From: Phallusia mammillata
Lineage: Eukaryota
Assembly (NCBI GenBank): GCA_965637545.1
Contig: OZ281495.1
Coordinates: 4,712,001 to 4,776,000 of the forward strand
Length of the DNA: 64,000 nucleotides
Direction: 5' to 3'
Shown: positions 24,768-47,264 of the stretch, piece after piece
Layout of the letters: the number at the start of each line of letters is the position of its first letter
Position numbering within the stretch: the stretch's first letter is position 1
Translations under genes and position numbers: made by a program
Notes under the pieces: model-generated
Told to the model about the DNA's origin: nothing
Databases searched by the model: none
Seen by the model: only the letters and a program-made list of their open reading frames with translations

Positions 24768-26052
24768 TGTTACTGAACAAATGTATCACTTTTATGTTTG
24801 ACTTCGCATTCCATATAATTTTGTTTCTCATGTTTTTGTTAAATATCTTTGTGGCAATAATAATGACAAGCAGAATAACAGCTGTTTTGCCAATAACTGG
24901 ATTTCACATAAACAGTAAATTGATACAGTTGGGTTCCAGAAAATGAGCAGATTGTGTTCAACATACGAAAAAAACAGCAAGAGACAAACAACTTTGGTTT
25001 GAAAAACATGTTTGCGGTGATGAACATAGCTTAAGGTTAGGCAACGTAGTAGGAGAAGTACTATACAACCATATCAACTTTTTCTTCTATCCAGTTATCG
25101 TTTCAACTTACATTCAACCTTTACACGCCCACACAATTTCGTTGAAACTTCGTATTGTCGTATACGTAGAACGTCACTGCGTCGGAGAATTAACGTTACG
25201 CTCATCTTTACGCAAATAAATCGGATAATTGAATCGTAAAGTGCTTTGTTGAGCTTAAAATAAATTTCCCCTAAATAGATTTAAAACTTGCAGTCCCGAG
25301 AAACGCCTTGTTAGAATATAGTTTGTTAAAACTTTTTGTAGATATAAAACGCATCTGCGCTAAATTAACAGACAGTTGTTTTATTAGTGTAGTTAAATTG
25401 ATGAAGCGTATATATGTATAGGCAACCATGTAGCGCCAATGGCCTATATTGATATGCGCTAAACTTATTAATCTAAATAAATTAAAATATGTTGACTTAA
25501 AGAACTACGAAAAACCTAAACAAACGGTCTCCAAATTTGTGAAATTTGAATTCTAGTATGTTTCTGTTTCGTGTTCAAATTGTAAGTTTTAAAAGTGCAA
25601 ATTTGCCTGAAATTTGACAGGTAAAAAGCTCGGCAAATACATTTCCATTATGGACGTGTGCGGGTGTTTTCGGACTTGAACTTGTGTTGTTTTTGTGCAG
25701 CACTTAAACCCACTTAGTGTAAAACACCTTTTCTTTTGTTTGACAAAGAATTAAATTGATTGTTTAACAAACAAACTTCGCGCTCTAAAATGGAAAGTAA
25801 AACTGCTTCGCAAAGAATTCTCGACAAGAATTGAGCGTTTAAAATAGTTTAAAGTTCATTGCAGTACGCGCAAATTAAAATTGAAGTCTTGTCAAATTTA
25901 GGAGGAAATAAGATTTTAAATTTGTTTTGCCTATGGATACTCTTTCTCTATTGTTGTTCGCCAAGAAAATTTAACCTTTTCTCTACTTGTTTTTCGCCGA
26001 AAAATAAATGTGTTTTTTATTGTAAAATGGTTTTTTTAAATCTGTATCAATG

Positions 26053-28200
26053 CAGCTGAACATACGTCAGTAGCATTCGCGTTTACGCTGCTAATTTACC
26101 CCATGTGCATTGTAATTACCATATTTTAAATTGCCCAATCAATGCACACTTACGTATCAAACGCGAATACCTAATATATGTGCCATTCATCAAAGGTATC
26201 GAACTGTTTATTGCACATTCCGTACGTACAAAATAAGTGGCTACGCAATGTTATTTCAAAGAGAATAATTCCCAGACACTAAATTGCAAAATGTTTTTAA
26301 ACTTTAACATGAAATTGAATAAAATAAACCGGGTAAAAGAACTAAAATCGAAGATGGCAATAGTTAACTTCGAAAGTTGTAATATTGCGTACAGATTTCT
26401 GGGTTGCTTGTTTTTAGCCATGACGTTACCCTTTTATGTGTTTATAAGATTACTAGTAGCATGCAACTGCAGGGTTGAGATTTTAATAAAACTGGGTTGC
26501 TCAAAAACTATTCAACAGAAACGAAAGCCGCGCAACTTGCAACATTTCGAAACACGTGAACAAATCCAACACGCGCGGTTGGCGTCGACCAACAACATAA
26601 TTAACCTCAATGAAATTACGGGAGCCATTGTTCAGCCCCAGACGCCCGGTTTAAAACGTGTGTTGTCTCAAAACTGAGTGTTCCGGGAGCAGCCATGCGT
26701 TACCGGTCAAACAATCATAACACCCGGTGAAATTTCTTGCCAATTTTCTTCAATCAGTTTTTCCTGTAGGGTTTCAAGCGAAATTTGCAAAATGATCGGT
26801 GCCTATTTTTGATATAACCGATTCAGTTATGGATATAGTAATGTATTTGAGAGAATAAACAATACAAACGCCTAATCCACAACCTTGAATGACTAAAAAT
26901 AAATTGTAATTATAAACACGTCGTTGATAATGCTTATTAGCTGTGACACATAAACAAACACTTTACAAAAAGATTGTTGTTGGCGAAACCATGCTTTCTT
27001 TAAATCTAAAATATTTTTTATTTTTTTCATTATAGTTTAAACAAGTCAAAGTATAATCAAAGTTTAGAAGAAACAAGTTTCACACTTAGTTACTTTTACC
27101 ATTTTTGAGCAGAATATCGATACATACTGTTGTGTTATTAGTAAGTTTTTGTAGAACTCATATTTTATCTTTATAGTTTATATCGCGTTTATAAAGTGAT
27201 TTTATTTTGCTTAAAAAATCACAGGACCATTTTTGTTACCACCTAAGCCTAAACCCTAAAGCATTGGCCAAGGTGCATCGATGCCAAATAACTTTGCAAA
27301 GAGTTTTGGTCAATGTGTGGGGCAACGAACAGTCAAAAGCTCGAAATTTCACACGTCTTAGTCTCAAACCATTCATATAAACTAAAAGTCTTCGCTGAAA
27401 TTGAAAATTTGAGGTTTAACATTCATTTGGTTGGATTACATCGAAACGCTCCTGTTTATAGCAGCTATATCTTCGGATTTTGCTCTTCAATTAAACGGAA
27501 TCGTGAGGAATTTTACGGCAATTCGTTCAACTGTTTAACCTTTTTGCCCAAACTGAAGATTGACACCTGAACTGACGAATGTTCGGAAGGGAATTTGGCG
27601 CGTAATGTCAAGGTCAAGTGAAGGTTAACTTGTTTCACTTGAAAATTGTCAAACGATTTTATGCCACTACGGTCTACTACGGAGAACGTGCAAAGTTGTG
27701 AAACTGAAATTGTTAGTGCGAATTTATTTTCTTGTTACTTTTGTCAAATGTTTCTTCTGTGAAACAAACTTTTTTTCTGTGAGAGTTGATTTCATTTTTA
27801 CCAACTTTCCGCAGATTTTACGATAACACAAGTATTAAGAATTTGCGCTTTGCAGTTTTTTCTGCTGAAGTAAAATTGGTTATTTGTACATAAACCAAAT
27901 ATTGTTGGTTTTTTCAAGTTAAAATATTTATCCAAACGTTTTGCAGTTTAGGGTCAAACAATATTTCTCTTTAAAATACCATTGCATATCATATACTTTA
28001 TACGTGCAAAATGCAATATAAACTGATCAATATATTTGATGTATGGCACATTTATATTCGGCATTTGCGTTGATCATATCTCCCATCTGTAAAACACAGG
28101 TGCGTGTATTGATTAGGCAATTAAAAATAATGTAATCCCTAAGTGCAGGCGTTTAATTAGCAGCGTAAACGCGAATGCTACTGACGTATATGTCAAGCTG
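26053..28200. repeat. Long imperfect inverted repeat (~180-200 bp arms, ~2.15 kb span)
   Basis: 26062-26096 is the perfect reverse complement of 28155-28189 (35 bp); similarity decays inward to ~26235 / ~27995. Confidence 0.8.
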
Positions 28201-29905
28201 GACAATTGCGGAATAGAGAAATATTGTTAATTTGGAAAACGCAACATGCATCTTCTCCTAATCTATAGAAAAGTATACGTGTTAACACATATCTTTCAAT
28301 TTTCGGACATTTTTTGGCTTGTGTATGATATTCTCAAAATAATTCTTATATCTGCAAAAATGTTTACATTAAGGCCTGTCCTAAACTATCAACAACACCA
28401 TATATGTAGGGGCCGCTGTTATCTGTATTTCAGTGTCTCTACTTTCAAAAACATGGGGTGAATTTGGTGAGGTTTTCAATTCTGATTGATCGGACAAAAG
28501 CATCAAAGCAACGGTGTCAAGTTACAATAAATGGTGGCCCACCCAAATACGATGTTTGTGTTCAACGCGGTGAAAACAGCCTTTTTACATTTCCATTGTA
28601 AACATTTAGTTTATACATCATTAACTTTATGAGCAATTTTTATTTTTGAGCAAAATTAATGCATTATTCTGACGTCACAAAACGCAATAGTTTGCGAAAA
28701 ATTTTATATTGTTACTTTTTCATGCGTCATTGCCTGCACGTAGAGAGGTAATTGTAACCTAATAAACCAGGTTATAAACTAAAATTTATGTTCTGTGGCA
28801 TCATAATTATACTCGTATTCTATTTAATACAAGATTTAGTGGCTTTTATATTAAATTTTATCACGATTTAAAGATAGGCTAATGTCGGGTTAGTTCATTT
28901 ACAAATATACTTACGGTTTTCTAAATGGTATTTTACTTAATTAAACCTTCCATTGGCTTATTGGAACTGTAATTTGTTTGAGAAGCAAATGTTCAGTGCA
29001 TATTGCACCTATTTTATAACTTGTTTATTTATACAGTAGCACAAAGTTCTGTAAATTAGACCAAATACATCTTTATTTAAATGAAATGAGTGCAATGATA
29101 TTTAAAAACTTAAAATCAAAACAATGTTAGGAAAGCTCAAAGAATTCTAACACTTTGAACATAGCGAAAATACATAAAAATGTTAACAAAAGCACATAAA
29201 AAGTAGGTAACATTTTACCCACCAGAGACAATATTAAATATCACAGGCGGATTTCACATAATTCTTCAGTTCTTTCGAGTTGTGCACGCGTATAAAATGA
29301 CAAGATGCGAATCTTACCAGAAAACCCTCACGTTGAAATCTGACCACAGAGCTTAAGATGTGATGATAGTGAGTATTTCATTTCCCACTGTTTGCAGTTA
29401 ATATATATTTTTCCTACCAAATTGTATTATTAGGTGTAATAAATTTATTGTGAAGGTATAACATTAAATTACAAAGTTTGTAGCTTTTATCAAAGTTTTA
29501 TCAAACCGATCAGATTTTTTTTGGTTACTGCAATAAACTGTTACTATTATGCTTTACATTTTGGTAACTATAAACATGTACATAATTATGTGACTTTTTT
29601 ATTGTTTTAGCAATGCAAATAAAAATAACCAAAACTATGAGATTTGGACTCTTAAATGTTTAAACTAAGTCGGGCGCATAAAATCGACATTTATGGAAAC
29701 CTTTTCCCAATGACGCAAAATTTCCCTGATAAAATCGAAGAAACTATAAAAATTATGACGCACGCTCATAAGTGTGAACTAAACTTGACCTGAGGTGACC
29801 TTTCGCAGATTTGCGCATGACCCTAAACAAAAGGTCAAGTCTTCGATGTCGGCCGCCAGTTAAAATTCCTCACTACAATTCAATGAAACCCGATCTGCGA
29901 GTACA

Positions 29906-29933
29906 TGACGTCATAATGACTTACGTGACGTCA
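29906..29933. promoter_or_regulatory. Paired CRE palindromes (TGACGTCA x2, 20 bp apart); candidate promoter/enhancer
   Basis: TGACGTCA at 29906-29913 and 29926-29933 in a locally CpG-richer patch; function is inferred only. Confidence 0.35.
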
Positions 29934-31583
29934 TAAAGCGCGAGGAGAAACTTGTCGAAGTTGGTTTGGGGGATTAACTGGGAAGCGCTCTTGTCAGTTT
30001 GAAAATTCGTGTTTGGTCGACTCTTGCGCGCAAATTAATTTTGTTTTTCAGTCACCTTGAGAGTAAGATAACGTTTAAGTGAGAATCGTGATTTTTGAAA
30101 CGATTAGTAGGGTTTTAAAACTGTTTTTTTAATTCTTTCTACATTCCCCCTGTTTTTGACGTTATTCTTTTCTCGCTGATTTTGGTTCGTTTTTTCCACT
30201 AATATAAACTTACTGTTTTAAAATAACGTTAGTAGAAATGTTGGTGCCTTACTTATCAATATTTGCTGATCGGTATATTGTCACTATTTGAAGGTAGTGT
30301 TTTAATTAATATGTTTTGGTAAGTGTTTCATTTAGATCCTTATTATTTTGCATTCATTAAACAATCCATTCTGAATTCTTTTAAATTTACCAATTTATCA
30401 AACACTACAATATGCATTGCAAAAATCGTGTATAAAACAAATTGATGTTTGCAGACAAAAATATTCAATTCAAAATGCCCACAAATTAAAATATCATTTT
30501 CAATCAAAAATGAATCGAATGTGATATAAAGTTTTAAGTATCTGTCTGACAAACTGTCCAAATCAACTGTGATTGAAAGCAAGGGCTTATACATAAGGCG
30601 CAAAACTACAAAAAGCCACCTGTTGGCCTGTAAAGTCACTGTCTTTGTCAAATCAATCAAACTGAAACTTAAAACAATACTTTGATTCAAGACCAGGAAA
30701 AGGGTAATGCGTCAATGGCTTAGATTCGTTTCAACTTACAATAAAATTGATAAAGTGAAAAGGTGAGGAACCTGTTAGCCGACCCAGACAGTTCATGTAA
30801 TCACTTCGTTAACCACATCAGGGAGATTAGACGCCGACCGCAGCACTTTGGCACCTTTTTATCCGCGGAAACTCGTTAATCTTACTGGCCTTTCTCACTA
30901 CGGATCATATCATGACATCATGCGAAACTAAACCGCATGTAGCCTCAAGTAATTACAAAAGATTATGAAAAGTTACGCAATAATTATGCAAATTTCCATA
31001 AAGTCACCAAAAATGCTTCAATTTTGCAGTTTTAATTGATAACATATCAAAATTGTTTTAGCCTTTTTAGGAACGCCTTTTTTAGTGTGAAACAACAGTC
31101 CCAAAAAAGCAATTTTCGAACAAATTTCATGTGTGCCTTGAAAGTTAAAGAACAAAATCAACCCATTGTTTCTCAACGGCAGCAGATACATCAAACGCTT
31201 GGCCCAGGTGCTTATATGACGTCACAATGCTCGAAAGCGTGACTCGAATTTGATGTCATACTTCTGATAAAGCTGTGGGTGATTTGTTACAATCCAAGCT
31301 TGAAGTTGTCTGTATGTTAGATTGCAAGACTAGATAGACACACATAGGTGCTTGCAAAGTAATTTGTAACGGAAATGAAGTTGTTTTCTTAGGTTTTGGA
31401 AACTTTTCAAACGTCTGCTAAGTCACGTTTACATATTTATAGGTAAATATTTTGACTGTAAGTGCATGCAAGTTCATGTTTTTGAAGGAAACATATTATT
31501 GATAAACCTTCATATATACATATTCAGTTTACACATTATCAATTTATTTAACTTATATATAAACGCTTCAATGTAGTTTTAAT

Positions 31584-31763
31584 CAGTAGTGTGATTCAAA
31601 TTTGTTGTCAGCCGGTTCTGTCACAAAAGTCATATTTTTCAGCCGGTTGTGTTACAAAAAGTCCATTGACAGTAACCAGTAATGCCAACCGGTTCGTTAA
31701 TCTTATAAAATTTCGTGAGACGGTTCCATAGAACCGGTGCGAACCGGCTGAATCCCACCACTG
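31584..31763. mobile_element. hAT-type MITE (inverted copy of 59559-59738)
   Basis: TIRs CAGTAGTGTGATTC / GAATCCCACCACTG; TSD gttttaat / attttaat; internal sequence matches the reverse complement of 59559-59738. Confidence 0.88.
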
Positions 31764-33971
31764 ATTTTAATTGACTTCATACAATTGTCAGTAACGGAAT
31801 TAACATTCAACAAGATCACTTAAGAGATTTTAAACCACACACGTATTTAAGTACGCCAATCTCTGTTCAAAACAGTGGGAATTTTGGCAACTGTCGTATT
31901 ACAAACCACAAACAATGTTTCTGTACTTTGTGGGAATTGGTATTAAAGTTGGCATATTCGCTTTGAATTATTGACCGTGATTTATATGATAAACCTAAGG
32001 TGCGGTCAGATCGACCTAATATCGAACTTTTGCAATCAGCTCAACGTAAAGTGTAGGTAATTCCCAGTTTTGATGAGACCACACACAAGGTTAACTTACT
32101 ACGTGTTATGTCAACGTTGTAGTGTAAATTACCATCTGTCTTTCGGATTTCTATAGACTTTCTTGCTACTTGTTATTGACGTGCTTTGTATAACTATTAA
32201 AATATGCATATTGTATAAGTATAATAATTGTGCGTATTAAAACTATGTGAAATTCTTGAGCACTGGTTTATTACGAAGATCAAACATTAGGCCATATTGT
32301 ATTCAGTTTACAATGTTTTGAAGTATATGCCTTCTTTGTACCTTGCCATTCAATCAAGCGAAGGGTTTTGTTTCAAATCTCACGCAACACGCTACATAAT
32401 AGCAAAAAGCAAGTTTCAGAAAACGTTAAGCTAGTCATATACATACATCTGATGCGAAGTAAATCCTTACCCAACCTTCCGTAACTAAACAATGTTTTCA
32501 GTGCATTAAGTTTATTCGACTCTAAAGTCGGGTTTACCCGGCATGAAATACTGTAAACAAAAGCAGAAAATGCATTTCCTGTCCTTTGGTTTGGTGTATT
32601 TTCTGTCTTTTGTTTGGTGACTATTTTCGGTCTAAATGTTTAAAATATCGATTTAAACAGAATTACATAAAGGAAAAAAAATTTTGAACATTTAAAAATT
32701 GAAATGATTATCAGTTATAAGTTTTGAAATACTATAAACAGATCTAATTTAAAGCAAAGCAATTGTTGTCTGCAATAAAATGCGTATTCACTATGTGTAC
32801 ACTATTTTGATATGTTGTATGCATTATACAAAATAAACTTTAAATACAGACGCGTTTCCAACAAAAGCGTTTTCAAAACAAACAATTGTTTGATTTCTGA
32901 CACAACGCAAATAAACATGAAACCGTTTAAACGTTGTCAATCGCAAAAGTTTTCAGATTAGAAACACAAAATTTCGCTGTCACTACAAACTCAAGTTTTG
33001 CAACATTCGACCTTGAATGCGTCACGCAAGTTAGGGGTCACAGAAAAAATTCCCCACAACCCGACATTATTGTAACCCTAGGTTTCGCGTGCAACCGCAT
33101 TTCTTTTCCCCGAGCAAGTTTATATTGGACAAATCCGTTGAAGCTTACAGTTTGCAGATGTTCACTATAATTACTTCACGTGGCGTTGCAACTTAAAAGC
33201 AGATGTATTTGTAAGGTGTTATTACACTAAACTTTAACTATATGCTGCCAACTTGACGATTTTTTGCAAAGTTGTGTTTAATATGTTGCCAAAGACCAAA
33301 CAGAATCGACTTTTATACATACTTTGTCACGTGATATATATTTGAAGCCTATTGTTTTTGAATTATAACAAATATTAACAAAAAATTGCTAATTAACTAC
33401 TTGCAGTAAAGCAAATGGACTTTCAGTATTTACAGTTCGGCTTACAAAGCAAATGTATTTGTGCAAGAACTTATCAAGCATTTCTTTCTGATTGCAGAAA
33501 AGGTAACATCTGATGTATTGTTACCTGTGTTTACTATCACAAAGACTATGAGCGGCATTATTTTGTAAAATAATTTAAAACTTTATTTTCCGTTTGGTTA
33601 ATTCTTTTGAATAAGAAAACCATTTCAATGGAACTCATATTAGTCATAAAAGTAGCTTTTTGGAGATCTTTTCTATTTCTAACATCAAGCAAATGACATC
33701 TGAGTCATAAACACATTGTCGGCGTTTTTTCTCAAGTTTTATTCTTTAAATAGTGTAAGAACATGTTTAAAATATCAAGCACGAATTATTTTTACATCGG
33801 GCCCACTTTTACCAGTCAGGGATACGAGAAGTACCGTCAATAAATGTCAACTTAAATTAATCATCAGGTCGTATTTTAAGTGGAATCCACGTTAAATGGT
33901 GCCGAGCTGTTTTTCAAAGGAATGTATTCAGACTGTGTAACCTTGCAACAGTTTGTGGTAGCGTGGTTCTG

Positions 33972-34320
33972 TTAACTCTTTTTAATCTGATTCAACTCCA
34001 ATTCTCCTTTTAGGTCATACCTATTTCGTAAGTCGTAATACCCCTTGTTACACTGAAAACGAATAATACGTGCCCAAGAATGTACAAAATCAGTGTGTTT
34101 CATCAAAGACCTGCCAACTTTAGACAAACAAATTATAAACAATAACTCCTGCGCATAGATTGAATGCTGAACAATGCAAATGTGCTCATGTAATCGTATT
34201 ACAAAGAGATCAGAACTTCTCCCATACGTCAGTTTAAAAACCACGTGATTAGGAGATGTCCAATGGGGTGTTAGCTGAGTTGATCTGTTGACAAATATCC
34301 GTCTAACGCGTTTCTTACAA
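33972..34320 (-). mobile_element. Probable degenerate Penelope-like retroelement GIY-YIG endonuclease fragment
   Basis: Open minus-strand frame CKKRVRRIFV...SPNHVVFKLTYGRSSDLFVIRLHEH...ELELNQIKKS* resembles the VVY-K...YIG-T...R-EH pattern of PLE GIY-YIG domains, with the intervening Cys segment missing. Judged by eye only. Confidence 0.4.
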
Positions 34321-37300
34321 CCTGCAAACCAATGTCATGTCAATGTGGTTTGAATTTATGAATACAAATTCTTGGATTGTATATACACAATGACTTCGCC
34401 TGAGATAATTCAATAAACTCAGAGATCATTTTGAAACGGTTTTTCTGACGCTAGCGGCATTCGAACACCTCATAAAAAGGTGGACATGTGGTATTTGTAA
34501 ACCAAAATAAGAAATGTGCGCTTAATTTTTGTCAAACTTTGATTTGTATTTACTGTTAAGCTACGTGCAAAGTTTTGTTGATAAATTGGTCATCCCTATA
34601 CCTCAAACTAAAGTGGTTTCTGATCCATTTTAAGCTCGTGTTGGCACACAACTTCTAATCTGCACGATTTCTATGTGGATCAACACTTTATGTCTTCATT
34701 CACCACAATCCTGTTGTCAGCACAAATAAACGATGTAATGAAAAATCTATTTTCGAATTCGGTTTTACATTTTATAAGTTGGAAAACTTCGTAGAGACAC
34801 AACACAATTTTTACTTTTAAGTAAGTGTATTTTGTTGCTATGGTCTAGAAGTAATCATACAAACTTTTACGGGTAAATACTAATTGGAAATTATTAAAAT
34901 GTACCTCCTTAAAATTTTGGGTATAAAATATGCCACATGAAAAGCTATAGTTTGTTGCAAAGCAGACGTAGTTTACTAGTTTGCAGATAAAACTTGACCT
35001 AGATATTAAAACTTATAACTGGGTTTTAACCTCAATTTATTACAAGTGGTACAATTAAGTTTCTACGTCACCTAATGTCAGGTCCTTTTTCAAACACGCT
35101 AAGCGACATCTGACAAACGACTTTCACTTTGTAGTTGCCTGTTCAGTGGGATTTAAAGGTAAAATAAAACTTGTTATCTGTCCCATAAGCAGCCCACACA
35201 CAAAGTGAAGATTTGTGTCGAATATGCGACATTGAATTCGGTTACAAAGCCCAACTCGTTTTAAATAATATAAGTGGTGAACCTGAGCACAAAATAAAAC
35301 TACACTATGCATGGAATATTAATATTTTTAACATTTCACGTACTTAATTTAATGGTTTGTGACCTAGTGCACTTAAATTAATGGTGAAATATTATATCTC
35401 CAAAGTCTAGATGGCTTTGTGACCTAGTGTAGTAGCCTAAAACCATTGCATTATTTCGGTCCTTTTGACTTGGACATGATATCTGCAATACGTTAAAAAA
35501 AGCACAAACCACTAAGGGTGGTATATTTCTTCACTTGGTTAGAGGTATTTATAGTGAAAACCAAATCAGTGGTTGAGGCAGAACGACACTCACGGAAAGT
35601 TGTGGTTTTGGTTGCGAATTTTTTTATTTCACACCTCACTATGCGTAGGAGCTTGGTTTAATTAGCATATTGCCTGTCTGGCGTTAAAGGGCAACACCAC
35701 CGTATTTTTCTGCTAAAAATATCTTATTCAGTAAACAGAATTTGATGTAGGCCTAATATTGGATTAATACGCCGTTAGATGCTTATGTTAACGAATATTT
35801 CTAAACTTGATTTATTTAATGCATAAGTTTTGAAAAAAAAACATGTTACAAACAAAAGAAACTGAAAAAGCATATTGTTAAAACATGGGCGTATTTAAAC
35901 CAGAATTAGTTTCACGAATGTTGGTTTTAAATTATGGTTTTGTGCCACAAACTTCCATCAAATAAACTGCACATCTGTATATCTCTACAAGTTTGGTTGG
36001 CCCCACCCAAGAAATGTGGTTATACTTTGTCCGACATTTATCGGCGAGATCTCGTAAACTTCAATTACTGTCAGCAAATTACAGGCCAAAGTCGTGCTTG
36101 CAGAATTCTGGCGGTTTTGAGAAATTTACCACAAAAGCCACAAGAGAGTTTAACGTCTTCCGACTTCTAACATCTTCTGACGCTTCATGTCAAACTTAGT
36201 GTTTTGTGAAGTTCGCGATCGGATCGTTCAGAGTGCAAGGTTTTTAACGCAATTAAAGTGTGGTCGCGCGTTTCAGTATAATTGCCGGTAAAAGGTTGTG
36301 GGTGTATAAAGAAGGAAACATCCCACAACTGAAATTCACAGCTGGCATGTTTGACATTTAATGAGATGTAGCTGCTTTGTAGTATATACGTCACTACCAG
36401 TATTGATCTGGGTTTAAACAACGCATGCTAAGTCCGTTGAAGTGATAGTTCCGGTTCAAATTAACACAACAAGTCTTCACGCTCTACAGAAGAGACCAAA
36501 ACGTTTTCGTTTTTATGCGTTATCAAGTATTAGTAAATATTCCTCAAAGCACTTTCACTAAACACGGTTAAAAATTTTAAAATGTTTTTAGAAAAAATCT
36601 TTTGCCTTTACGGTTCCTCATATAAAACCACAAAATTTGTTCCTGAAATCCTTGGCTGCGCTACCCCCCTTGAGGTCAAAATTTTTTTATTTTTAAGAAG
36701 TAGGAACGATAATATATTACACTATAAGAAATGTATCATGCTTAGCTTTAACTTCCTTTGAAACATGATTAGATTATCTACTTGGTTGGCAAAAAAAGTT
36801 GAAAAAACAACACTTATCTTGCAATCCCTTATCTAAACGACAACCTATAACAAAAAGACGATAACATAAGTATTGGCAGCCAAGGGCGATAAAAAATCGG
36901 TTTTACGTAATTTTTTGGATTAAAATCCCACATCCAAACCCCTTAGGCTTAAATGCGTCACCGATGACACAACGATTACGTCACTTGTTACTTTCACACA
37001 TGTTGAGGCGGTTTGTTCGTGAGATTTCTATGTTCAATGTTTACTTAAGTGCGCATTATTAGAATCCCAAACAGCAACATTGAAAACCGCCAGATGGGTT
37101 TGCCACTGGGTTTGGCATCTACAAGGATTTTGCATCAATATCCCAGGGCGTAAATACACCTTGATCTCAACCAAGTTTGCATTGCAGTGGTCTGGTAAAT
37201 TTGTCGGTGGGATTTAGGGTCTTTTGAAGCTGAGATTTGAAAGTCATGAGATTGTGTTTTTGTTTCCTCAAAAGCCGTGTGAAGAGACATTGGTTAATTA

Positions 37301-38439
37301 AACGATGAATTGCTTTGTGTTTAGCCTTGGTGAATTTGTGAAAACTGTAGGAAGGTCTTGTACACACTTCGAGGTATGGGGATTATCGGTAAGATTTGGG
37401 AAATTGTAGTTTTGCACGCAATGTATTTGTTGGTCAAAGCCTTTCAATTTGCACTTTTGTTCTTTCAGCCATTCAAAAAGTTCACAAACTCATCTTTAAG
37501 CTTCATACAACATTTAAGTTGTAAACATAAAGGATTACATTTTGTGTACTACATTACCCGTTTTATATGTTTCTTTTATCTTAAGATTTATTTTGTTTGA
37601 TTTAAAACGCGGTATAACCTTTGCTATATGACAGACTGCAAGTTGATGGTTTTATCCGAACAAAACCACACCCAAACGCAAATCTCATTTAGACAGCCAA
37701 CAGTGTCTGGATACCGTCTCCCACAAAAATCATATAAGCGGATTACCGCTGATGACGTCAATAAGACCGCAACATCTGAGGAACATTGTCATTTTGGGAT
37801 TTGTCGCAAATCGGGCTCGTGCTGAGATTGCTGAACTGTCAGGAGGTTTAACGTCGTAATTTCGAGCATTACTGGAGAAGATGATACTTGAGCTTGTAAA
37901 CTTGATAAACCACTTGATAAAATGCTACGTTGCAAAACGTACTGTATGCAGTGGTGTGGGATGATTATTTGTTAAGCTTTTACCTAATGTTTGCTCTTTG
38001 TCGCCACCAGCTGATCAAAGAATTCATTAATTAGCGGTGAATATATCTATTGGTTAGTGTGTAAAGGTTTTAAGTTGGCTTAAACGCTAATAAATCTGTC
38101 AAAATGTATTATATTGTGGCACATGGCTGAGAAAACAAACTAAAATAAAATCCCCCTAAAAACGTATTTTGTACAACAAAATTCATCTTAGCTAAGCCTG
38201 TAATCGTAATTGGCTTTAATTGAATTAATTTTTTGCTTATAACCTTAGAAAAATCGGTTAAAAAATATGTGGTGTTAACAAAATTCAAACTTTATAGAAA
38301 TGTTAATGCAAACAAATTTTGGTCTGTGTCGCTCCGGATTAAAGACGCAGCTTCCCTGACTACAGAAGTCGAAGGTTTTCGTTAAGTTTGTTTCATTTAA
38401 TTTTTATTTTGTGTTGGAAATTACAATTGAAACAAAAGT

Positions 38440-47264
<8,825 letters not shown>

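Noticed and set aside
26237-26677. 146-aa ORF inside the long inverted repeat as a transposase
   Set aside because: No DDE, zinc-finger or other recognisable motif; GTG start.
36990-37830. Coding-like minus-strand stretches upstream of KATNAL2
   Set aside because: Stops in all frames and no identifiable homology by eye.
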